Shown here one piece after another: positions 29,301 to 42,897 of a stretch of DNA of 64,000 bases; positions within the stretch are counted from its first letter, which is position 1, and each line of letters begins with the position of its first letter. Under the pieces are notes generated by a model. It ran no database searches. It was given only the letters and a program-made list of their open reading frames with translations, and had not been told where the DNA came from. Where the stretch lies: positions 7,502,001 through 7,566,000 of the forward strand of contig OZ024765.1 of assembly GCA_964016885.1 (NCBI GenBank), given 5' to 3'. This DNA is from Eledone cirrhosa. Its lineage: Eukaryota. A program made the position numbers and the translations under genes.

Positions 29301-30718
29301 TACGGCTGGATGCCCTTCCTAACACCAACCACATTTACAGTGTGGAACTGGGAATTTTTACCATGTTATCTACACGGCCACATTACAGCGTGGACTGTGT
29401 GTTTTTTTGTCGTGACACCTACATGATCTCGATCTCATTATCTCATTTATTTGGACTGGATGTTGTGGTACCAACTTTACAGTGTGGTGGTGTTGGTAGG
29501 AGTGGGAGGATAGGGTAGGGGTAGTGGATTGGGGTGTATATTTGGTTAAGAGGTGCCTACTGACTGTAGGTTTCGCTTTGTACATAGGCAAGACGGGTCT
29601 TCTGTATTACTGCATAGCGCCAAAGATCTCGGTCCAGTGACATTGTCTTAGAGAGGTGCAAGTGTGTAAGGTCGGAATTTATCAGATCGTCCCAGGTTTT
29701 TCTGGGTCTACCTACTCCGTAACTACCATCAATTTTGATCGCCCTGCACTTTTTTATGCAGCTGTCGTCTTTCATGCGCATCACGTGGCCATACCAACGT
29801 AGTCTTCTCTCAAGTAAACAGCATCTGATCCCTCTTATTCCTAATTTCTCACTTAGTACATTTATGCTTTGCCATTCACATATATTACTATTACACATCC
29901 AACGGAGCATGCATGCTTCGTTCCTTTCCAGTCTGCGCAGATCCTCTGCACGTAATGCCCATGACTCACTGCCATGTAGCATTGTTGTTCGTATACAGGC
30001 ATCATACAATCTGCCTTTCATTTTTAGAGAGAAACCTTTTGTGGCCAACAGCGGTATAAGCTCTCTGAACTTTTTCCATCCCGTTCTGACTCTGGCTACT
30101 GTACTTTCAGAGCACCCTCCACCACTGCTGATTTTGTCACCCAGGTAACGGAAGGTATCCACTATTTTTATAGAACCATCTGGGCAATAGAAGGAGCTAG
30201 TATCCTTTGGACATTTGCTACTTATTGCACTTGAGCATCGGCCACATATAAAGTCTACGTTCTTAGATAGTTTACCTGTGGTCCCACTACATCTTTTATG
30301 TACCCATACTTTCAATTTGGGACATAAAATGGAATTTATGCCTACTCCTTTCCTACACACTGAGCATGGCCATTTATACAAACTAGAACTTTAATCTTAG
30401 ACAAGTTAACTTTAAGGCCTTTTGATTCTAGGCCATGCTTCCATGTTTCGAATTTCTTCTCTAGTTCAGCCATAGATTCAACTATGAGCGTTAGATCATC
30501 TGCGTATAGGAGTTCCCATGGGCAGCCGGTCTTGAACTTCTCTGTTATAGCCTGAAGGGCAATAATAAATAGGAGGGGCTAAGGACAGAGCCTCGATGAA
30601 CACCACCTTTTACACAAAATTCTTCACAATATTCATTGTTAATTCTAACCTTACTGATTGTTTCTTTATACATAGCTTGTATAGCTCTCACAAGCCATTC
30701 ATCTACACCTAGTTTTTA

Positions 30719-30761
<43 letters not shown>

Positions 30762-30789
30762 ATATATTTGTATATATATATATGTATAT

Positions 30790-30833
<44 letters not shown>

Positions 30834-31132
30834 TTTACAGCTGAGTAAACTGGAGCAATGTGAAATAAAGTGTCTTGCTCAAGGAAACAACACATCACCC
30901 GGTCTGACTTTAATAATAAATTTGAAGACTAAAATCCAAAGAGGGCTCGATAAGGATAAATATATATCAAATATATAAGAACCGTAGAGCAAATATTTAT
31001 TAAAATAACAGATTAAAGTTTAAGCAAGAATCACTGCTTTCACCCTTAACGGGATCTTCTGAAACTTCAGAAGATCCCGTTAAGGGTGAAAGCAGTGATT
31101 CTTGCTTAAACTTTAATCTTTTATTTTAATAA

Positions 31133-31195
<63 letters not shown>

Positions 31196-31417
31196 AGGTG
31201 AGTAATATTGTAGAACAATAAAACTATGCATATATATCAGATAAGTAGCTATTATGCCTCGTATCATTGTACCTTATTTTTTATCTGAAGAGAACACAAC
31301 ATCTGTCCCAGGATGATTTTGTATTCGAAATACGTATAATAAAATATATGGAACTCTTATAAGCATCTTTATTTCATCTGTATTATATATATATGTATGT
31401 ATATGTATATATATTTG

Positions 31418-31452
<35 letters not shown>

Positions 31453-34400
31453 TTAAAGTAAAAGCATCTGTAAAGAAACAAGATCTTAGAGAGCTTGTTT
31501 TTTTCTTTCTTGTTTTTATTTGTTCCCTTACTTTTCCCTCTAAAGATTGAAACCCGTCTGGCAGAGTTGCACCAACTTGGGGGAGAGTATAAGACTCAGA
31601 GGAAACAAAATGTGAAAGCCTACCGACAGTATGGGAAAGATGTTAAAGATCTGGAGAAGAAAATTCAGGTTTGTAAATTTTGTATCTTGTATCTCATTAG
31701 TAGAAACAATTATTAGGGTCTGACGCCATGCTTTGCAGCAAAGAGTTACAGCCCCTTATGGTCTGAGTTCAAATCCCGCCGAGGTTAACTTTGCCTTTCA
31801 TCCTTATGGGGTCGATAAAATAAAGTACCTGTCACGCACTGGGGTCGATAAAATAAAGTACCCGTCACGCACTGGGGTCGATTTAATCGACTTTCCTCTC
31901 CCCCAAAATTGCTGGCCTTGTGCCTATATAAGAAACAATTATTTCCATTATTAGTTTTATTGCGCATCATTACTGCTTTACTGAGCACAGCTTTCTTCGC
32001 ATTGGGTATGAGCAGTGTAGTTTTTGCTGATGTTATTTCTATTGAATTTATAGTACTTTTCATAATATGTGTACAGTACCTGGTAGTGCTATCTTCTGTA
32101 TGTTGTATATATTTGTAAGTCCTGTGGTACTCTATATAATATGTGTACAGTACCTAGTAGTGCTATCTTTTGTATGCTGTATATATTTGTAAGTCCTGTG
32201 GTACTCTATATAATATATATACAGTACCTAGTAGTGCTATCTTCTGTATGCTGTATATATATTTGTAAGTCCTGGGGCACTCTATGTAATATATATACAG
32301 TACCTAGTAGTGCTATCTTTTGTATGTTATATATATTTGTAAGTCCTGTGGTACTCTATATAATATATATACAGTACCTAGTAGTGCTATCTTCTGTATG
32401 CTGTATATATATTTGTAAGTCCTGGGGCACTCTATGTAATATATATACGGTACCTAGTAGTGCTATCTTTTGTATGTTATATATATTTGTAAGTCCTGTG
32501 GTACTCTATATAATATATATACAGTACCTAGTAGTGTTATCTTCTGTATGCTGTATATATTTGTAAGTCCTGTGGTACTCTATATAATATATATACAGTA
32601 CCTAGTAGTGCTATCTTCTGTATGCTGTATATATTTGTAAGTCCTGGGGTACTCTATATAATATATATACAGTACCTAGTAGTGTTATCTTCTGTATGCT
32701 GTATATATTTGTAAGTCCTGTGGTACTCTATATAATATATATACAGTACCTAGTAGTGTTATCTTCTGTATGCTGTATATATTTGTAAGTCCTGTGGTAC
32801 TCTATATAATATATATACAGTACCTGGTAGTGCTATCTTCTGTATGCTGTATATATTTGTAAGTCCTGGGGTACTCTATATAATATATATACAGTACCTA
32901 GTAGTGTTATCTTCTGTATGATGTATATATTTGTAAGTCCTGTGGTACTCTATATAATATATATACAGTACCTAGTAGTGCTATCTTTTGTATGTTGTAT
33001 ATATTTGTAAGTCCTGTGGTACTCTATATAATATATATACAGTACCTAGTAGTGCTATCTACTGTATGCTGTATATATTTGTAAGTCCTGTGGTACTCTA
33101 TATAATATATATACAGTACCTAGTAGTGCTATCTTCTGTATGCTGTATATATTTGTAAGTCCTGGGGTACTCTATATAATATATATACAGTACCTAGTAG
33201 TGTTATCTTCTGTATGATGTATATATTTGTAAGTCCTGTGGTACTCTATATAATATATATACAGTACCTAGTAGTGCTATCTTTTGTATGTTGTATATAT
33301 TTGTAAGTCCTGTGGTACTCTATATAATATATATACAGTACCTAGTAGTGCTATCTACTGTATGCTGTATATATTTGTAAGTCCTGTGGTACTCTATATA
33401 ATATATATACAGTACCTAGTAGTGCTATCTTCTGTATGCTGTATATATTTGTAAGTCCTGTGGTACTCTATATAATATATATACAGTACCTAGTAGTGCT
33501 ATCTTCTGTATGCTGTATATATTTGTAAGTCCTGGGGTACTCTATATAATATATATACAGTACCTAGTAGTGCTATCTTCTGTATGCTGTATATATTTGT
33601 AAGTCCTGTGGTACTCTATATAATATATATACAGTACCTAGTAGTGTTATCTTCTGTATGCTGTATATATTTGTAAGTCCTGGGGTACTCTATATAATAT
33701 ATATACAGTACCTAGTAGTGTTATCTTCTGTATGATGTATATATTTGTAAGTCCTGTGGTACTCTATATAATATATATACAGTACCTAGTAGTGCTATCT
33801 TTTGTATGTTGTATATATTTGTAAGTCCTGTGGTACTCTATATAATGTATATACAGTACCTGGTAGTGCTATCTTCTGTATGATGTATATATTTGTAAGT
33901 CCTGGAGTTTTGGCTATGTATTTGTCTGTGTTTTTTTATCATTCCTAGGTCACCTATAATAATTATTATAGCTATTGTTTGTGGTTTTATTTTCCACATT
34001 TGAGTTATTTCTATCTTATTATTGTGGATTGGCAGTATCGCTAGAGGGTCGGACGCCATGCTTTGCAGTATAGAGTTACGGCCCTTTACGTTCTGAGTTC
34101 AAATCCTGCCACGGTTAACTTTGCCTTTCATCCTTACGGGATCGATCACTGGGATAATTGTTGGCCTTGTGCCATTATTATTATTATTATTATTATTATT
34201 AGGGCGGGGGATTGGCAGTGTCGGTGGAGTGTTGAGCACCATGCTTCGCTGCGTAGAGTTACGGCCCTTTGCGTTCCGAGTTCAAATCCCGCCGAGGTTA
34301 ACTTTGCCTTTCATCCTTACAGGGCCGATAAAATAAAGTACCAGTAACGTACTGGGGTTGATTTAATCGACTTTCCCCTTCTCCAAAAATTACTGGCCTT

Positions 34401-36959
34401 CTGCCTATACTAGAAATCATTATTATTAGGTAAATTTGCCTTTCATCCTTACGGGGTCGATAAAATAAAGTACCAGTAATGTACTGGGTAATTGCTGGCC
34501 TTGTGCCAATAGTAGAAACAATTATTAGGTAAATTGAAGGTTGAAAACTTGGAAAAGGCACTTGCCTTGGTGGTCAGGGTCACCGTGGCTTTTTAATGGG
34601 CTTTCTCCACGAGTGTCCCTCGGAAGTCTTCCCCCGTATTGGGGAATTTTCCTTTGTTTCTATTTTGTCATTTTCTTTGTTTTTTTCTTTACACGCAGAA
34701 ATACCCATTTATGCCGTCCTGTGCTGTCCTTAACGTTATACTTTATGTCAACCCTTGTGGTTAATAAAGAAAACATTGGCAGTATCGGTAGCTGGTCGGA
34801 CGCCATGCTTTCCAGCACAGAGTTACAGCCCTTTATGGTCTGAGTTCAAATCCCGCCGAGTTTAACTTTGCCTTTCATCCTTACGGGGTCAATAAAATAA
34901 AGTACCAGTAATACACTGGGATAATTGTGGCCTTGTGCCAAAAGTAGAAACAATTATTATTTGGTAGAATTGGTAGAGTATCCGACACCATGCTTTGTAG
35001 CATTGAGTTATATCCCTTTATGGTCTGAGTTCAAATCCCGCCGAGGTTAACTTTGCCTTTCATCCTTACAGGGTCGATAAAATAAAGTACCAGTAATGTA
35101 CTGGGTAATTGCTGGTCTTGTGCCAGCCAATAGTAGAAACACTTATTATCGCCGAGGTTAACTTTACCTTTCATCCTTATGGAGTCGATAAAATAAAGTA
35201 CCAGTAATGCACTGGGTAATTGCTGGCCTTGTGCCTAAAGTAGAAACAATTATTATTATCATTACTATTATCATCATCATCATTGTAACTGTTTTACTCT
35301 TCTCGATTTTTGATAGCGTCTGAAGAAGAAAGTTACCGATGCATCTCATCTGATGGGAAACATCTCCAAACAGCACCATCTATGGAAATATGAAGTTGCT
35401 AGATCCAAGAGGAACCTTCGAACTGCTTTTGGGGATGGTCTGATTGCTGCTGGGGCAGTCTGTTATTTTGGTCCCATGGATGACCGAACGAGGACAAAAC
35501 TGTTGGAAGAATGGGAGCAGCATTTTCAGCAGCTCGACTTTACTGATACTTCAGCAACGCCCCTCTACCCACAGTACCGTTGGGTGTCACTGGGTGCATT
35601 ACAGAGTGAACCGGTGTGGTTAAAATCGATGTTTGACTTACCATCGCCACCTTCTTTTACACCGACATCTGTGTCTACATTGTCGATACCTCAGCAGCCA
35701 TCACTGCCAGCGTCACGACGGTCACTGCTACAATGGTCTTCAATATCAATGATACAACCATCACCACCGCCAGCGTCACCACAACCATCGCGACCAACGT
35801 CACCACGACTATTGCTACCAACGTCACCATTTCTGTCAACATCGAGACTGTCACCACCGACATCAACAGTTCAACCATCGTCACAAAGACTATCGCTACC
35901 AATGCCACCACAACGGTCACTATCGTCACAAAGACTATCGCTACCAATGCCTCAACAACGGTCAACACCGTCACCAAGACTATCGCTAGAAACGTCACCA
36001 CAACGGTCACTATTGTCACAAAGACTATCGCTAGCAAGGCCTCCACAGCGATCACTATCATCACAAAGACTATCGCTACCAACGCCACCAGAGCGGTCAA
36101 CACCGTCACCAAGACTATCGCTACCAACGCCAGCACAACGATCACTACCGTCACCAAGACTATCACTAACAACGCCAGCACAACGATCAACACCATCACC
36201 ACAGCTCTCAGCATCAAATGTATCAGGACAATCTCTCACTCAACTAGCATCCCCATTAATGTCACCGCAACCCTCAGGTTCTTTCTCATCACGACTGTCC
36301 TTGCCCCGACTATCGTTACGGCCGTCCCTCACCTTCCCGTCTCTCACCCATCCGTTGTCACCGCCATTATCACCGCTCCCTTCGTTGTTGTCAATATCAC
36401 GACCAGTATTGCCACAAGTCGCATCAGAACCAATGACACCCCAACCATTAATGCCACAAACGTCAGAAACAAAGCTCGGCAGCTCCGATCTTGTCACCTT
36501 CTCCATACAAAAGTATGAGCCACTCATACAGAACAGCGAGTTCACATACGGCAAGGACTGCTTCTCTGACGAAAACCACCAGGACATGGCTGAACTGAAC
36601 GACAAAAGGTCCAGCCTGGTAGATTACGAGCCCTTCATTACCATACAGTCACCATTTGAGCTGCGGAATATTCTCAGCAGCTACCAACAGCTGGACACCT
36701 GGAAGGTCAACACCAATACTAACGACAGGCGCGCTGTCGAGAATGCATGCATATTGAATACGTGCAACAAGTACCACAGAACATTGTGGCCCCTACTCAT
36801 CGACCCAGACAACCAAGCTGAGAGCTGGGTGAGGAACCTTCACTCTCAACTGTCCTCTTCACCCAGCCGCATCAACACTGGTGAGGGAGTCATTTTTCTG
36901 TTGGGTTGTGGGTTGGGGGGGGGGGTTATTTCCTTACCACCATCATCATCATCATCACC

Positions 36960-37009
<50 letters not shown>

Positions 37010-37313
37010 TATCCTTGTCACCACCACCACCACCATCATCATCATCACCATCGTCATCATTGTCATCATCATCACCATCATCATCCCCACCGTCATCATC
37101 ATCATCACCATCACCATCATCACCATCATTATCCTCGTCACCACCACCATCATCATCATCATTGTCACCACCATCATCACCATCACCATCGTCATCGTCA
37201 TCATCGTCATCATCATCATCATCATCATCATCATCACCATCATCACCATCATCATCACCACTACTACTGGTAATGGATATACACACACACACACTAACTA
37301 CTCAAACAATGTC

Positions 37314-37353
<40 letters not shown>

Positions 37354-38049
37354 TGCACACGAGGCTCGACTGAAACGTTCACAGGCTGACCAAGATACTC
37401 TCATGGAATGACCAAATGAGGTTTATTTTTCAACATAGTCCCTGGAAAGAAACAATCAATAAGAAGAACTGAAATTAAAGCTTGCAAGATTTCACAGCTC
37501 TAGCATCACTCCTTCATTGTCAACCTATGAACTTTTTATCCCACCCTTATACACAGGTAACCCAATGTGATAGATGATGCTCTGCAGGTAATACTACACA
37601 AGTAATTCTACTCTACAAGTAACATACCATAATATATTCTGCCAGGTCTTCCAAGAGAAATTTTTTAAGGGTACAAGGCCCCTTTGAGACCCAAAGCTGG
37701 CAAAGATTTTTCTCAAAATCGATGTTGCATGGTTGCTGTAGGATCTTCTTAGTTTTTGGGCCCCAGAACCAAGTACCTGCTAGACTCACTCCCTCTCATA
37801 GGCCCTGTATTCTGCTCTACAGGTAACATCATTTAATCAATTCTATTCTACAGGTAACACACATAAAGCAGGAAGTAGAGGAACATCTGCTAGCAGTATG
37901 ACGAGTTTAATAAGCAGGTAGGTCTTGCTTTTACCTGTGCAGGTTTGTCTCTGTGCAGGTGTGTCTCTGTGTACCATCTCACTCTATCTCCAATTACATT
38001 TACAAAAATTTCTGATGCTACAGTGTTATTTTTCTATTTGCCTCTGTGA

Positions 38050-38117
<68 letters not shown>

Positions 38118-39656
38118 CATCATCATCATCATCATCACCGTTTAACGTCCGTGTTCCACGCTTGCATGGGTTTGGACGGGGGTAGTCCCACTTGAGGCAA
38201 GAGTGATTGTCTTGCTCGCATAGGACTGTCTGGCAGGTTTTCTACAGTTGGATGCCCTTCCTAACACCAACCACATTTACAGTGTGGGTCTGGGAGGTTT
38301 TTACCGTGTTGCCTACACGGCCACATTACAGCGTGGACTGTGTGTTTTTTTGTTGTGACACCTACACGATCTCATTTGTTTCGGCCTGGATGGCGCGGCA
38401 CCAACATAACTTTACATAGAACGGGGTGGTGTGGATGGGGTGGGGGTGGTGGTGGTGGGACGGGGTGTATTTTGTTAGAGATGCCTACTGGCTGGAGTAG
38501 GTTTTACTATATATTTAGGTAAGGCGGGTCTTCTCTGTTACTGAGTACCGCCAAAGGTCTCGGTCCAGTGACATTGTCTTGGAGAGGTGTAAGTGTGTGA
38601 TGTCGGAGTTTATCAGCTCGTCCCAGGTTTTTCTAGGTCTGCCTATTCCGTGACTACCGTCTATCTTTATTGCCCTGCACTTTGTTATACAGCTATCGAC
38701 TTTCATGCGCATCACGTGTCCATACCAACGTAGCCTTCTCTCGAGTAAACAACATCTGACCCCTCTTATCTCTAATTTTTTCCTTAGTTCGTTTATGCTT
38801 TGCCGTTCACGTATATTACTGTTACACATCCAGCGGAGCATGCAAGCTTCGTTCCTCTCTAGTCTGCGTATATCCTCTGCACACCATGCCCAGGTCTCAC
38901 TGCCATGCAGCATTGCTGTTCGTATGCAGGCATCGTACAACCTGCCTTTCATTTTTAGGGAGAACCCTTTAGCAGCTAATAGTGGTATAAGCTCTCTGAA
39001 CTTTTTCCAACCAGTTCTGACTCTAGCTACAGTACTTTCAGAGCACCCTCCCCCACTGCTGATTTTATCGTCCAGGTAACGGAAGCTGTCCACTATTTCT
39101 ATAGAACCCTCTGCGCAATTGAAAGAGCTAGTATTTTGTGGGCACTTGCTGCTACTTATTGCACCAGAACACCGGCCACATGTAAAATCTATGTTCTTAG
39201 TTAGCTTACCTGTGATCCCACTACATCTTTTATGCACCCATACTTTGCATTTAGGACATAAAATGGAGTTTCTACCTACGCCTTTCCTACACACCGAGCA
39301 CGGCCATTTCCCAGAAGGGACCGTCGCCTTGTTTTCTTTCCTACAAACTAGAACTTTGGTCTTAGCCAGGTTAATTTTAAGTCCTTTTGACTCTAGGCCG
39401 TGCTTCCATGTTTGGAATTTCTTCTCTAGCTCGGCCATTGATTCCGCTATGAGTGTCAGGTCGTCTGCGTATAGGAGTTCCCATGGGCAGCCTGTCTTGA
39501 ACTCCTCTGTTATAGCCTGAAGGGCAATAATAAATAGTAGGGGGCTGAGAACAGAGCCCTGATGGACGCCAACTTTTACGCATATATATATATAAATATA
39601 TATAATATACACATATATATATATATTATATATTATGTACACATATATATATATAT

Positions 39657-39707
<51 letters not shown>

Positions 39708-39765
39708 TATATAATATACACATATATATATATATTATATATAATATACACATATATATATATAT

Positions 39766-39797
<32 letters not shown>

Positions 39798-42700
39798 CAT
39801 AATTTCTCATGTATGTTTAATTTTGTTGTTTAATTCACAGTGTTGGATGTGGCTCCCTGTCACTGCCACCCACTATACAAGAGCATGCCACCCCTGGGCT
39901 GTCCACGATTGAGTCCTTAACCCAAATCATTGACTACATAGATGTGAAGGACAATGTGCTGCTGATACAATCTGACAACCCTTACCTGGAGTCCAAGCTA
40001 CACAATGCCATTACTCAGGGTTTGGCTTTTTCTCACTTTATGTCTTGATTTGTGACAACCTTTCTTGCACTGGGTCCCCACAATAAAGTGCACCCAGTAC
40101 ACTCTGTAAATTGGTAGTGCTGATGCCATGATATAATGCACCCAGTACACTCTGTAAATTGGTAGTGCTGGTGTCATGATAGAATGCACCCAGTACACTC
40201 GTTAAATTGGTAGTGCTGGTGTCATGATAGAATGCACCCAGTACACTCTGTAAGGTGGTAAAGCTGATGTCATGATAGAATGCACCCAGTGCACTCTGTA
40301 AAAAGGAACCCTTTAAAATGGGAGGTTCTGTTTCTTGGAACCAGAGCTGGTTTTCACTGGGTTGGTATAAAATCTGTCTGGACCCTGGAGGCTCATTAAG
40401 CCAGTGCTTATCTCGGTTTCCATGGCGTTAAGTGACTGAGAGTACAAGGCTCTCATGTACAGGACACCAGTTCATCGCAGGGTTAAACCCCCAGCTATTG
40501 CTGGTACTCATTTTCAGCTGAGTATACTGGAGCAACATGAAGTGTTTTGCACAACAACATAACACACCACCCAGTCCAGGAATTGAACCTACAACATTCA
40601 GATTGTAAGTTCAGCACCCTTACTACTGGAGTAACGTGAAATGAAGTGTTTTGCTCAAGAACACAACACACAACCCAGTCCAGAAATCGAACCAAAAACA
40701 TTATGATCGTAAGTCCAACACCCTTACCACTAGGCCTTCACCTCCACACTAGGTTGGTATCAAAATGGAACCCATTAAAATAGGTTTGGGGGGTTGTGTT
40801 GGTTAACTACCAAAAGAGTTAAATGGTCTTTTTATCTTTATTATTATTTTTTATTTTGTCTTTTTAAAGGTTTAGTGGTGATGGTCACTATTGTGGAAAG
40901 TCTTCCATTGCCTCATTTCCTCTTGTTATTACTGTCCTGTCACAGAGTAGTCCAGGAGGAAGGCAACCAGTCGAAAATATTTCTTCAACATGAGATTACC
41001 AAGATAGTCTGCCATCCAAACTTCTTCCTCTACATTGTCCTGCCAATTCCTTTCAATATCCAAGGTGAGGAAGTTCCCTAAACTCCTTCTTTGTATGTCA
41101 TCATCATCATCATCATCATCATCTAACATCCATTTTACATGCCAGCATGGGTTAGATGGTTTGTCCTATTAGAGGCAAGTCGGGTGATGTGATCGTATCT
41201 TGCTCATATAGGGCTGTTTCTGGCTAGATTTCTACAGCTGGATGCCCTTCCTAATGCCAACCACTTCACAGTGAAGACTGGTTGCTTTTTGTCGTGACAC
41301 CTACACAACCACTTCACAGTGTGGACTGGGGACTTTTTGTGATGACACCTACACAACCACTTCACAGTGTGGACTGGGGACTTTTTGTGATGACACCTAC
41401 ACAACCACTTCACAGTGTGGACTGGGGACTTTTTGTGATGACACCTACACAACCACTTCACAGTGTGGACTGGGGACTTTTTGTGATGACACCTACACAA
41501 CCACTTCACAGTGTGGACTGGGGACTTTTTGTGATGACACCTACACAACCACTTCACAGTGTGGACTGGGGACTTTTTGTGATGACACCTACACAACCAC
41601 TTCACAGTGTGGACTGGGGACTTTTTGTGATGACACCTACACAACCACTTCACAGTGTGGACTGGGGACTTTTTGTGATGACACCTACACAACCACTTCA
41701 CAGTGTGGACTGGGGACTTTTTGTGATGACACCTACACAACCACTTCACAGTGCGGTTGTGGTGTTGATGCTGATGATAATGACGATGATAAGGGTTCTT
41801 TTTTGTGGGAGGGGGGCTTCATTTGGTGGATTGGCAGATTGCTTTTCCGACATTTAAAATATACCCCCCGCCGCCAATTTTTTATTAATAAATTAATTTT
41901 TAATGGATATTTTTTAATAAATAAATAAATATTTTCATAAATTATTTTTTTAATAACTTTAATAAATACATTTTTTTAATAAATACATTTTTTTAATAAA
42001 TACATTTTTTTAATAAATACATTTTTTTAATAAATAAATAAATAAATAAAAATAAAATAAATAAGCAAATGATGATGTTGCTAATGCCATCTGGTGGTTG
42101 TGGTTTCAGGCTTTCACTTCAGATCCATCCCGCTGCAGAAAATGAACATTATCGACATGTCACTGAGCAACGAGGCCATAATGAACACACTGATGCACAC
42201 CACCCTGAAGGAGGACCGCGGAGATTTTGAACGACAGCGGCTGGCCAATGAGAAGGACATCATTGAACTGAGACAGGAGATGCTGAATGAATTTGTTAGT
42301 CACCTTGTCACCCTCTTATCTTGTCACCTTGTCAATTTGTTATCTTGTCACCTTGGCACATTGTAACTTTGTCAGCTTGTCACATTGTCACCTTGGCATA
42401 GTCAACTTGTCACCTTTTCACATTGTCACCTTGTTATTTTGTCAACTTGTCACCTTGTCACATTGTCACATTGTCAACTTGTCACCTTGTTATCTTGTCA
42501 CTTTGTCACTCAGGCACATTGTCAACTTGTCACATTGTCAACTTGTCACATTGTCACATTGTCAACTTGTCACCTTGTCACTTTGTCACTCAGGCACATT
42601 GTCAACTTGTTGCCTTATCACATTGTCACCTTGTTATCTTGACACATTGTCACATTGTCATATATCATCATCATCATCATCATCATCATTTTACGTCTGC

Positions 42701-42830
42701 TTTTCCCTGCTTGCAAGGGTGAGACGGGTCATATTGAGCTCAACATCTCTCCATTCATCATGGTCCTTCGTCATCTCCTCTGTGAGCTTCAGCGATCTGA
42801 GGTCAGCTCTCACCACCTCCGCCCATATAC

Positions 42831-42897
<67 letters not shown>

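Noticed and set aside
36881-37389. Poly-Ser/Pro C-terminal extension of the 678 aa ORF
   Set aside because: It lies beyond a good GTGAGG donor at 36881 and is a (CAT)n microsatellite. Dynein homology resumes in downstream exons.
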